NCBI RefSeq assembly: GCF_000012805.1
Contig: NC_007484.1
Coordinates: forward strand, 1,440,001-1,472,000
Direction of reading: 5' to 3'
Length of the DNA stretch: 32,000 nt
Source: Nitrosococcus oceani ATCC 19707
GTDB taxonomy: Bacteria; Pseudomonadota; Gammaproteobacteria; Nitrosococcales; Nitrosococcaceae
Within the stretch, counting starts at the first letter, position 1. Each line of letters starts with the position of its first letter. Of the stretch, positions 9,583-17,614 are shown piece after piece. A program made the translations under genes and the position numbers. The notes beneath the pieces were generated by a model, which saw nothing but the letters and a program-made list of their open reading frames with translations, searched no databases and was not told the origin of the DNA.

Positions 9583-11415
9583 ATGGGACACGATTTATTT
9601 AGTACTCAAAACAGCATTTTTACCGAAAAACAGGTGGAATCTTTAAACCGCCTTATCCCTGAGCTTTCCGCTGAACAAATGACCTGGCTCAGCGGTTATC
9701 TTGCTGGTTTTAATGCAGCCCAGCAAGGAGCCACGAACATGGTGCAGCCTATAGCAGCCCAGCCACTGGCAGATTCTGGTGCTGCTATTCGGACTGCCAC
9801 GGTATTATTTGGTTCTCAAACAGGTAACGCGGAAAAGCTTGCGGAAAAGCTATGCGCCCAACTGTCCCAGGCCGGTTTTGTTCCTACGTTACAAGATATG
9901 GGAAGCTACAAGCCCCGGCAGTTGAAACGGGAAAATTACCTTTTCGTTATTGTCAGCACCCATGGTGAGGGTGATCCCCCGGATAATGCCGAAGCATTCC
10001 ATGAATTTCTTCATAGCAAAAAAGCGCCCAAGTTGGATGGTCTTCAGTTTTCGGTTTTGGCGCTTGGGGATAGCAGTTATGAGTATTTTTGTAAGACTGG
10101 GAAGGACTTTGATACGCGCTTAGAAGAGCTAGGGGGAAAGCGTTTCTCTCAGCGGGCGGATTGCGATGTGGACTACGACGACGCCGCTGATGCTTGGATA
10201 GATGGAATACTGCAGGCGCTTTCCAAGCAGCTCGACACGCCGGCGGTAGTAGCTGTTAGCCCCGCGGTAGCTACCCAGGCCACAGCCTCAAGCTATTCGA
10301 GAAAAAATCCTTTTTCTGCGACCTTATTAGAAAATCTCAGGATTACGGGGCGAGGTTCTAGTAAGGACGTTCGGCATATCGAGCTGTCCCTAGAGGGCTC
10401 GCAACTTTCGTTTGAGCCTGGAGATTCCCTAGGCGTTGTTCCGAGTAATTGCCCAGAATTGGTGGCTGAATTTATAGAGGTATCAGGACTTGATCCCCGG
10501 GCGATTGTTACCAATGGCAAGGGGGAGGATACTACTTTAGAGGATGCTTTGTCTCATGGCTATGAAATCACTACGATTACGCGGCCATTCCTGGAAAAAT
10601 ATGCTACATTAGTTGAGTCGCGGGAACTCGGCAGACTGCTACAAGAAGAAAACCGGTCGCAGCTTCGGAATTTCATCCATGGCCGAGAAGTTATTGATGT
10701 TATTCGTGGTTTTCCTTTGCCTGGAATCACGGCCAATCAATTTGTCGGCTTACTGAGAAAGTTGCCGCCACGGCTTTATTCCATTGCTTCCAGCTATCAG
10801 GCTAATCCTGATGAAGTTCACCTGACGGTGGCGGTGGTCCGCTATCAAAGCCATGGGCGCAGTCGCAAGGGAGTGGCTACCACGTTCCTATCCGAACGGG
10901 TTCCCGAGGATGGCACGGTGCCAGTTTATGTGGACAGCAATAAAAATTTTCGCCTTCCAGAAGATCTCAATGCACCTCTTGTTATGATAGGCCCAGGGAC
11001 TGGCGTGGCCCCTTTCCGTGCTTTTCTGGAAGAGCGGGAGATTGCTGGTGCCAAGGGTAAGAATTGGTTGTTTTTCGGGGATAGGCATTTTCATACTGAT
11101 TTTCTTTATCAGCGGGAATGGCTCGATTACCGCAAAAAAGGCGTGTTAACTCGAATTGATGTGGCTTTTTCCCGGGATGAAGAGAAAAAAACGTATGTTC
11201 AGCACCGGATGCTTGAAAATAGCCGTGAATTATATGCATGGTTAGAGGAAGGTGCCTATTTTTATGTCTGCGGCGATGCTGAGTATATGGCGCCCGATGT
11301 CCATGAGGCGTTGCTTGCCATTGTGGAAAAGGAAGGTTGCGTATCCCGCGAAAAAGCGGTTGAATACATGAGAGACCTGCAACAAGGCAGACGCTATCAA
11401 CGAGATGTATATTGA
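9583..11415 (+). CDS. cysJ: Sulfite reductase [NADPH] flavoprotein alpha component
   Basis: 610 aa with a flavodoxin-like FMN domain ([12 protein letters not shown]), the FAD/NADPH motifs RLYSIASS and [12 protein letters not shown], and a C-terminal ...RYQRDVY. The stop codon overlaps the cysI start. Confidence 0.95.
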   Translation: MGHDLFSTQNSIFTEKQVESLNRLIPELSAEQMTWLSGYLAGFNAAQQGATNMVQPIAAQPLADSGAAIRTATVLFGSQTGNAEKLAEKLCAQLSQAGFVPTLQDMGSYKPRQLKRENYLFVIVSTHGEGDPPDNAEAFHEFLHSKKAPKLDGLQFSVLALGDSSYEYFCKTGKDFDTRLEELGGKRFSQRADCDVDYDDAADAWIDGILQALSKQLDTPAVVAVSPAVATQATASSYSRKNPFSATLLENLRITGRGSSKDVRHIELSLEGSQLSFEPGDSLGVVPSNCPELVAEFIEVSGLDPRAIVTNGKGEDTTLEDALSHGYEITTITRPFLEKYATLVESRELGRLLQEENRSQLRNFIHGREVIDVIRGFPLPGITANQFVGLLRKLPPRLYSIASSYQANPDEVHLTVAVVRYQSHGRSRKGVATTFLSERVPEDGTVPVYVDSNKNFRLPEDLNAPLVMIGPGTGVAPFRAFLEEREIAGAKGKNWLFFGDRHFHTDFLYQREWLDYRKKGVLTRIDVAFSRDEEKKTYVQHRMLENSRELYAWLEEGAYFYVCGDAEYMAPDVHEALLAIVEKEGCVSREKAVEYMRDLQQGRRYQRDVY

Positions 11416-13169
11416 CGAGGTTTGGGGCAGTGACTCACGATTTGCAGCAAAAAAGTAAACTTAGTGCGGTAGAGAAGATTAAGGCAAAGAGCCGATATCT
11501 GCGCGGAACAATCCAGGAAGGCTTGGCCGATCTAGCAACGGGTGCGGTCGTGGAGGAGGATACCAAACTGCTTAAGTTCCACGGCACTTACCAGCAGGAT
11601 GACCGGGATTTGCGTACGGAACGGATGCGCCAGAAGCTAGAGCCGGCCTATTCATTCATGGTGAGAGTTCGGATGCCAGGCGGGGTTTGCATGCCGAAAC
11701 AATGGTTGCAGCTGGATGAGTTGGCGCGTAAATACGCTAATAACTCCCTGCGTATTACTACCCGACAAACTTTTCAGTTTCATAGCGTGGTCAAGCGCCA
11801 TCTCAGAAGCACCATCGCGGGGATTAATGAGGCGCTATTAAGTACCATTGCCGCCTGTGGGGATGTTAATCGTAATGTGGTCTGTCATAATAATCCCTAC
11901 CTCTCCCCTCTTCATAAAACGGTTTATGAGTGGTCCAAGCGGTTGAGTAATCATTTCTTGCCTCAGACCCAAGCTTATCATGAGATCTGGATGGGGAAGG
12001 AAAAGGTAGCGGGTACATTACCTGAAAATGAAGAGCCGATTTATGGTGAGACTTATCTTCCCCGTAAATTTAAAATAGGCATTACTATTCCGCCAAACAA
12101 TGAGATTGATGTTTTTTCCCAGGATCTCGGACTTATTGCCATCGCAAAAGGTAGCCGCCTGGTTGGATTTAACATTTGCGTGGGTGGTGGCATGGGCATG
12201 ACTCATAGCGAACCATCAACCTATCCCCGCTTGGGAGATGTCATCGGTTTCTGTACCCCTAGCCAGCTGCTGGAAGTAGCGGAGAATATTCTCAAAATTC
12301 AGCGCGATTTCGGTAATCGTTGCGATCGTAAGCAGGCGCGACTCAAGTATACGATTGATAGCCGTAGCATTGATTGGTTTAAAGCTGAGCTTAACCAACG
12401 GTTAGGCTGGGATTTGGAACCGGCGCGCCCATTTCATTTCGAAAGTAATGGCGATCATTTTGGCTGGGTCGAGGATTCAAAGGGCCGTTGGCATCTTACG
12501 CTATTCTTGCTAAGCGGCCGTATCAAGGATACGCTGGATCAGCCTCTGATGACGGGTCTGCGGGAAATCGCCAAAATCCATAAGGGAGATTTTCGCCTGA
12601 CTACCAATCAGAATTTGACCATTGCGAATATTTCCAAAACCAATAAGCCGCGCATCGAGGCTTTACTGGAAAAATACCGTATTCCGATGCCCGAACGGTT
12701 TAGTCCTATCCGTCAGCATGCCATGTCTTGTGTGGCATTGCCTAGCTGTGGCTTGGCTATGGCTGAAAGCGAGCGTATGTTGCCGGGGTTTCTGGCTCGG
12801 CTGGAAGCAGTGGTGGAGAAAGCAGGGCTTGCCGATGAGCCGATCACCCTTCGTGTGACCGGCTGTCCAAATGGTTGCAGCCGGCCTTACATAAGTGAAA
12901 TCGCGCTGGTGGGTAAATCCCTGGGCCGTTATAACCTTTATTTGGGGGCGGGTTTTGCCGGTCAGCGCTTGAATAAGCTTTACCGGGAGTCTCTGACAGA
13001 GGACGAGATTATTGCAACGTTGAGTCCTCTTTTTGAACACTATGCCAGAGAGCGACAACAGGGCGAGCACTTTGGGGATTTTGTAGTCCGGGCGGGTTAT
13101 GTTGATGAAGTCAGAGCGGGCCGGGAATTTCATGAAGTTCGATCGGAGAAGGCAGTACAGAGCGCCTAA
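11412..13169 (+). CDS. cysI: Sulfite reductase [NADPH] hemoprotein beta component
   Basis: 585-aa ORF with the N-terminal YLRGTI motif and siroheme/4Fe-4S cysteine clusters ([27 protein letters not shown]). The track start is TTG at 11412. The GTG at 11430, with GAGG 9 nt upstream, is an equally plausible start. Confidence 0.93.
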
Positions 13170-13261
13170 TGGAAAGCCGCCGGGATTAGAGAGGTTGGCG
13201 TTCTTCAGATCTATTCGCTATCATTCGCTATTTATAAAATAACTTACTAGGAGAAAGCGTC

Positions 13262-13900
13262 ATGGCATTACATATCGGCGATGTCGCGCCGGATTTTACG
13301 CAAGAGTCCACAATAGGTCCGCTTCACTTTCATGACTGGATTGGTAACGGCTGGGCGGTGCTCTATTCCCATCCTGCCGACTACACGCCAGTGTGCACCA
13401 CAGAGCTAGGTACCACCGCCAAGCTAGCGGATGAGTTTAAAAAGCGTGACGTCAAGGTGGCGGCCCTAAGCGTTGACGATGTGGATTCCCATAAGGGGTG
13501 GATTAGCGACATTAATGAAACCCAAGGATGCCAAGTGAATTTTCCTATCATTGCTGATGCGGATCGGAAGGTGTCCGAACTCTATGATATGATCCATCCT
13601 GGCGCCAGTGAAACGGTAACAGTGCGCTCAGTCTATTTTATTGATCCCAACAAGAAGATTCGCGCTGTCATTACTTATCCCCCGAGTACAGGCCGTGATT
13701 TCGGCGAGATTCTGCGGGTTATCGATTCTCTACAACTGACGGATAATTATAGCGTGGCGACACCAGTAGATTGGAAAGATGGCGATGATTGCGTGATCGT
13801 TCCGTCATTAACAGATCCGGAGGTTCTTAAAGAGAAATTTCCCAAAGGCTACGAAGAAATTAAGCCTTATCTGCGCATGACCCCTCAGCCGAATAAGTAG
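13262..13900 (+). CDS. 1-Cys peroxiredoxin (Prx6-type)
   Basis: 212 aa with the peroxidatic motif HPADYTPVCTTELG. The length and C-terminal region are typical of 1-Cys Prx. AGGAGA lies upstream of the ATG. Confidence 0.9.
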   Translation: MALHIGDVAPDFTQESTIGPLHFHDWIGNGWAVLYSHPADYTPVCTTELGTTAKLADEFKKRDVKVAALSVDDVDSHKGWISDINETQGCQVNFPIIADADRKVSELYDMIHPGASETVTVRSVYFIDPNKKIRAVITYPPSTGRDFGEILRVIDSLQLTDNYSVATPVDWKDGDDCVIVPSLTDPEVLKEKFPKGYEEIKPYLRMTPQPNK

Positions 13901-13911
13901 TCTTACCTTGG

Positions 13912-13946
13912 AAAACGCCTGCTTCTTAGCAGGCGTTTTTGTTTTT
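13912..13946 (+). terminator. Rho-independent terminator of the peroxiredoxin gene
   Basis: AAAACGCCTGC-TTCTTA-GCAGGCGTTTT followed by TGTTTTT; an 11-bp stem plus a T-run. Confidence 0.8.
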
Positions 13947-14058
13947 AATAAATCATAGCTAGGATTATGCTTATTCTTCCTCTGCTTAGCTATTTCTCTA
14001 TTAGTTAGCCGCGCCAAACCCTCTCCTTCGGAGGGCCGGGAGAATGCCAATTTTAGCT

Positions 14059-14940
14059 TTATCGTTTGCATTTTGGTTGCCGGCCTTCAGAAAGTGCTTG
14101 CTGGTAGATATCTAGCGCTTGGGGTAAGCGTTGTTCTAGTTCGCTAATGCGGGTTTTCTCAGAAGGATGGGTGGATAGAAATTCAGGTGGTTTGCGTCCA
14201 TCATTAGCTGCCATCATGTTCTGCCACAGTTGAATGCTTTGACGCGGATCAAAACCAGCCTGAGCCATGTAGCGTAAGCCAAGGATATCTGATTCGCTTT
14301 CTTGAGCACGGCTGAAAGGTAGGATAATCCCCACTTGGGCGCCTACCCCCATTAGGGCCATGAGCTGCTGTCCGGTGGCGCTGCCAGGAACGCCCGCCAA
14401 TGCTTGAATGAGTTGAAGGCCAGCTTGGGTAGCGTATTGGGTAGACATGCGAGCATTGGCGTGTTCGGCGATGACATGGCCAATTTCATGGCCAATGACC
14501 GCCGCAAGCTGATCAGCGTTCTCAGCTACTGAAAGAAGACCGGTGTAAATGCCGATATGGCCTCCCGGCAAGGCAAAGGCATTGGCTTGGTCGGCTTTAA
14601 ATACAGTTACTTCCCACTGCTCCCCGTTCTCAAGAGGAGGGACTAGCGGCGTGATAGCATTGGCTACACAGCGTATATAGCGGTTGATTTGCGGATCTTT
14701 TGAAACAGGTGTTTCTTGTTTGATTTGTTGATAAGCTGCCTTTCCCATTTGCGCTATTTGGCTAGAAGGGAAAAACTCCAACTGAGACCGACCTGTGGGG
14801 GAGGTAGCGCAAGCGATCAGCAGAAGTAGGGCTGATAGGCTTAAAAGTTGGAGTTTGCGGCTAAGTCTCGTTCGCTTGTTCCCGACAAGCTCCCTCGCCT
14901 TGCTACAATTCGCGTTTCCACGGAGTCCTTCAGCAGCCAT
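14059..14940 (-). CDS. M48-family Zn metalloprotease, predicted lipoprotein; the present start codon lies inside the right end of the IS
   Basis: It has the HExxH motif AVIGHEIGHVIAEH and the lipobox LLLLIAC. I place the start at ATG 14940..14938, which has GGAGG 6 nt upstream. The 311-aa track start at 14994 overlaps the tnpB coding sequence and was not used. Confidence 0.85.
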   Translation of the reverse strand: MAAEGLRGNANCSKARELVGNKRTRLSRKLQLLSLSALLLLIACATSPTGRSQLEFFPSSQIAQMGKAAYQQIKQETPVSKDPQINRYIRCVANAITPLVPPLENGEQWEVTVFKADQANAFALPGGHIGIYTGLLSVAENADQLAAVIGHEIGHVIAEHANARMSTQYATQAGLQLIQALAGVPGSATGQQLMALMGVGAQVGIILPFSRAQESESDILGLRYMAQAGFDPRQSIQLWQNMMAANDGRKPPEFLSTHPSEKTRISELEQRLPQALDIYQQALSEGRQPKCKR

Positions 14941-15010
14941 AAGCCACCTCCGGTTTGTGTACCCCTCCACGCGCATCACTTCCGGTCCTCCCAACCGTAG
15001 CTAACCTTAA
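14847..15010 (-). ncRNA. Predicted omega RNA (reRNA) scaffold of TnpB; the guide would be the ~16-20 nt just beyond 14847
   Basis: Placement is by analogy: TnpB omega RNAs span the tnpB 3' end and the IS right end. This segment is homologous to the most conserved part of the MITE copies. It contains the hairpin GCTTGT-CGGGA-ACAAGC (14874..14890), which covaries with TTTTGT-GTAGGA-ACAAAA in copy A. The 5' limit is a guess. Confidence 0.4.
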
Positions 15011-16108
15011 AATATTTTTAGCCGCGTTAATATCGCGGTCATGGACTGACTTACAGTCCGAGCAGGTCCACTGCCGCACTTTGAGCGGCATGGCTTTTTG
15101 CACTGCGCCACACGCCGAGCACGTTTTACTGGTCGGCGCCCACCTATCCACTTGCCTAAACGCCCGGCCATACCACGGGGCTTTGTATTCCAGTTGCCGC
15201 TTGAGTTCGTGCATGCCTACATCGCCCAAGGCTTTAGCGATGCGCCGGTTGGCCATCATGCCCCTGACGTTGAGCGTTTCCATGGCAATGAACCCCGCCT
15301 GGCGAATCAGTGCCGTGGTGAGTTTGTGCAACCAGTCCTGACGGGTGTTGCTCACCCTGGCGTGGGCCTTGGCGACCCTTACTCGCTGACGATGCCAGCG
15401 AACGCTTCCCTTGCGCTTGCGGGATAGCCTGCGCTGGGTTTTGGTGAGTAGACGCCGATAAGTGCGTAGGTGCCGTGGGTTGCCTGACTTCCAGCCCTCG
15501 GAGGTCACCACCACATCGCTTATACCCACATCAATACCGATACCGTTTGGCTTTCGCGGTAGGGGTTGGAGGGTTTCCTCGCACATGAACGAAACACAAT
15601 AACAACCCGCGCAGTCCTGGGTGACCGAGACCATTTTGGGTATACCCTGGGGCTTACGAGACCATTTTAAACTGAGTGCCCCAAGCTTGGGGAGTTTAAG
15701 CAACTTGCCCGCTCGATACCTTCCCGCTACCTGGCGTTGGTCAAGTTGATAGCGGATGCTTTGAGCGTGGGCTCTTTTTTTGAAACGGGGATACTTCGCT
15801 CGCCCTGCAAAGAAGTTTTTAAACGCGGTGTCCTGGTCTCTAAGCTTTTGATTGAGTGTGGTCGCGCTGGCCTCTTTTAACCAACCATAGGCCGCCGTCT
15901 TTTTTAGCTTGGTGAGGTGCCCGCTAAAGTCAACGCCGCTAACATGCTTGTCGTGCAGCCGGTATTGACGGCCACGCCAGGTCAGACAGGTGTTCCAGAC
16001 CCACCGGGCATGGCCAAACTCCATCGCGAGTTGCTGGCGCTGGACGCTCGTGGGGTAAAAGCGGAATGTATAGGACCGCTGAAGGGTGGTAGAATCGCAT
16101 TGGGTCAT
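14930..16108 (-). CDS. tnpB: RNA-guided endonuclease TnpB (RuvC triad and zinc finger intact)
   Basis: Typical N-terminus from ATG 16108 (MTQCDSTTLQRSYTFRFYPTSVQRQQL). RuvC residues are present in IGIDVGISD, IAMETLNVRGM and HDRDINAAKNI. The zinc finger reads CSACGAV...CSDC. The ORF-track start at 16300 is a TTG-initiated run through the IS left end. Confidence 0.9.
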   Translation of the reverse strand: MTQCDSTTLQRSYTFRFYPTSVQRQQLAMEFGHARWVWNTCLTWRGRQYRLHDKHVSGVDFSGHLTKLKKTAAYGWLKEASATTLNQKLRDQDTAFKNFFAGRAKYPRFKKRAHAQSIRYQLDQRQVAGRYRAGKLLKLPKLGALSLKWSRKPQGIPKMVSVTQDCAGCYCVSFMCEETLQPLPRKPNGIGIDVGISDVVVTSEGWKSGNPRHLRTYRRLLTKTQRRLSRKRKGSVRWHRQRVRVAKAHARVSNTRQDWLHKLTTALIRQAGFIAMETLNVRGMMANRRIAKALGDVGMHELKRQLEYKAPWYGRAFRQVDRWAPTSKTCSACGAVQKAMPLKVRQWTCSDCKSVHDRDINAAKNILRLATVGRTGSDARGGVHKPEVAYGC

Positions 16109-16289
16109 GGCCTCAATACTCGTCCTATTGGGTCGGTGGCAAGTGGCTAGGGGGTACTGATAATACTGCCTAGCCGCGCTTATTCTACCGCCAATTTTGC
16201 CCGCCGCAGACATCACTTTATGCGGCCCTCGCGATCGATGCGCCACTTCGTTTCGCACGCTCGCTGGGGGGGGTCGTCGTACATCCCTG

Positions 16290-16335
16290 TATTCCTTCAA
16301 CGTTTTTGTTTGAGTTGTTCTGCATATCAGGCTCC
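16290..16335 (-). other. Displaced original 5' end of the M48 gene (SD, ATG and 12 codons) on the far side of the IS
   Basis: The minus strand reads GGAG (16335..16332), a 6-nt spacer, then ATG 16325..16323, followed by CAG AAC AAC TCA AAC AAA AAC GTT GAA GGA ATA. This is in frame with CTT TTA AGC... at 14847 once the IS is removed. Confidence 0.5.
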
Positions 16336-16439
16336 GCGAAGCAGGTAAAAACTTGAATTTGATAAATACCTGCTCGATCTTCTATGTGTCAAGTCATCCC
16401 GGAGGTAATTTAAATGTCCTATTCTTAATAAGATATACT

Positions 16440-17084
16440 ATATTTTTGACTCAAGTACGAGCGTCACTCCGGGCAGCCGAAGGGTTAAGTAACCTGAATT
16501 TGCTGTTTCCCATGATTAGCGCGGTTTCTGAGTTGGAAGAAGCTCTACATATAGTGCGGCGGGCCTATGAAGGACTGGTAGAGGAAGGTGTTCGGGTTAC
16601 TTGGCCTCGGGTAGGGGTCATGATTGAGGTGCCTGCCGCGGTCTATCAGGTGGAAGCGTTGGCGCGGCGAGTGGATTTTCTTTCCATTGGCACTAACGAT
16701 CTTGCTCAATATCTGCTGGCGGTTGATCGCAGTAATGAGCGGGTGGCGGAATTATATCATTCCCTCCATCCGGCTGTTTTGGCCGCCATTCTCACAGTAG
16801 TGAAGGTGGCCCGCCGGCACCATAAGCCCGTTAGCGTGTGCGGCGAGATGGCGGGTGAGGCCACGGCGGCTATATTATTGCTGGGTATGGGGATAGATAA
16901 CCTCAGTCTGACCGCTGGCGATTTACCCCGAATCAAGTGGATAATAAGGAATTTTAGCCAGCAGTATGCGAGGGAATTGCTCGCTCGGGCCTTGCGGGAA
17001 GAAAAACCCGAGCCTATCCATAAAATGTTATGCCAGGCGCTTGATAGCCGAAGGTTAGGGGGTCTAGTACGGGTAGGAAAATGA
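16440..17084 (+). pseudogene. ptsP: 3' remnant (~214 codons) of ptsP, phosphoenolpyruvate-protein phosphotransferase EI-Ntr
   Basis: IFLTQVRASLRAAEGLSNLNLLFPMISAVSELEEA, DFLSIGTNDLAQYLLAVDRSNERVAELY and VSVCGEMAG are colinear with the last third of E. coli PtsP. The GAF, phospho-His and N-terminal PEP-binding parts are missing. The track start at 16353 is a TTG in unrelated AT-rich sequence. Confidence 0.8.
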
Positions 17085-17095
17085 GGTTGACTGAG

Positions 17096-17118
17096 TACCC
17101 TTGCTCGCAAGGTATTTT
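17096..17118 (+). terminator. Probable Rho-independent terminator after the ptsP remnant
   Basis: TACCCTTG-CTCG-CAAGGTA followed by TTTT; a 7-bp stem with one bulged C. Confidence 0.5.
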
Positions 17119-17188
17119 CGGAGGCCCTTGCAGCAGCAGAACGCGGCTATGGTCCAAGGGGTGGACCGATTACTGCTTCGGAGTTCTC

Positions 17189-17478
17189 CATGGATGGTGA
17201 ACGACCCCCCAGCGAGCGTGCGAAGTGAAATGGCGCATCGAGCGCGAGGGCCAGGTTACTTGCGTTTTGCCATGAATTCGCGCTATGATTTTCCCGTTGC
17301 CACAAGTGCGACCTATCCTCGGGAGGAGGAGAAGTGATGCGCGTGGAGGGTGATACCCAACCGAGGGCCTTGCGCGCTAAGTCGTGGCCAGCCCAAGGCA
17401 CCCATTGAAGCGCGAATTCTCCAGACTTGACAAGGTGAGGTGGGACCGAACCGCAGTCAGTCATGGCGAAACTCCAAT
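17189..17478 (+). mobile_element. tnpB-less IS200/IS605-family derivative (MITE/PATE-like), copy B, inverted relative to copy A
   Basis: Colinear with the reverse complement of 9081..9373. A 72-nt block (17332..17403) is identical to 9158..9229 and a further 20 nt (17405..17424) to 9137..9156. The 5' half is visibly more diverged. Confidence 0.75.
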
Positions 17479-17614
17479 TGTCTGTCACCGTGCTTCCTGG
17501 CACGCATCTTACGGATTTCTGGGGCCGCGCTCGGATCGGGGAAAGCTTGAAACGGAAGCCCGATAACTTCTATTTTTCCGTCTCACGCAATAAGGCCCAA
17601 GAGATTTTTCGCTG

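Larger units (their letters stand above)
14847..16295 (-). mobile_element. IS200/IS605-family insertion sequence carrying tnpB only (IS1341-like), ~1.44 kb
   Basis: Boundaries come from comparison with the two MITE copies. The right end ...GCCGCAAACTCCAAC finishes at 14847/14848. The left end homology CAGGGATGTACGACGACCCCCCCC... starts at 16289 and may extend to GGAATA at 16295. There is no tnpA gene. The left boundary is uncertain by about 6 nt. Confidence 0.8.

Noticed and set aside
13213-13232. Tandem decamer ATTCGCTATC/ATTCGCTATT upstream of the peroxiredoxin gene
   Set aside because: It is very short and lies in an AT-rich promoter region. It may be an operator, but I recognise no matching consensus (for example OxyR).
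14941-14994. Longer 311-aa version of the M48 ORF, starting at 14994
   Set aside because: The extra 18 codons overlap the 3' coding end of tnpB in another frame. ATG 14940 has a strong GGAGG at the right spacing, so the extension is most likely just open frame.
16109-16300. 456-aa version of the tnpB ORF with a TTG start at 16300
   Set aside because: The conserved TnpB N-terminus (YTFRFYPT...) starts right after Met at 16108. The upstream 64 codons cover the IS left end, which is also present in the non-coding MITE copies.
16290-16300. Attempt to read a common 4-5 nt target/TAM motif immediately 5' of the three left ends
   Set aside because: The flanks (GTTGAAGGAATA, CATTGGAATTAAA, CTTCGGAGTTCTC) share only a loose TT..GGA pattern. 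The exact left boundary is uncertain by ~6-12 nt, so no TAM can be called.
9081-17478. Possibility that the repeated elements form a CRISPR array or a composite transposon
   Set aside because: There are only two to four copies, each ~290 bp long, in inverted orientation and 8 kb apart. There is no short regular repeat-spacer pattern and no cas genes. IS200/IS605 elements do not form classical composite transposons.
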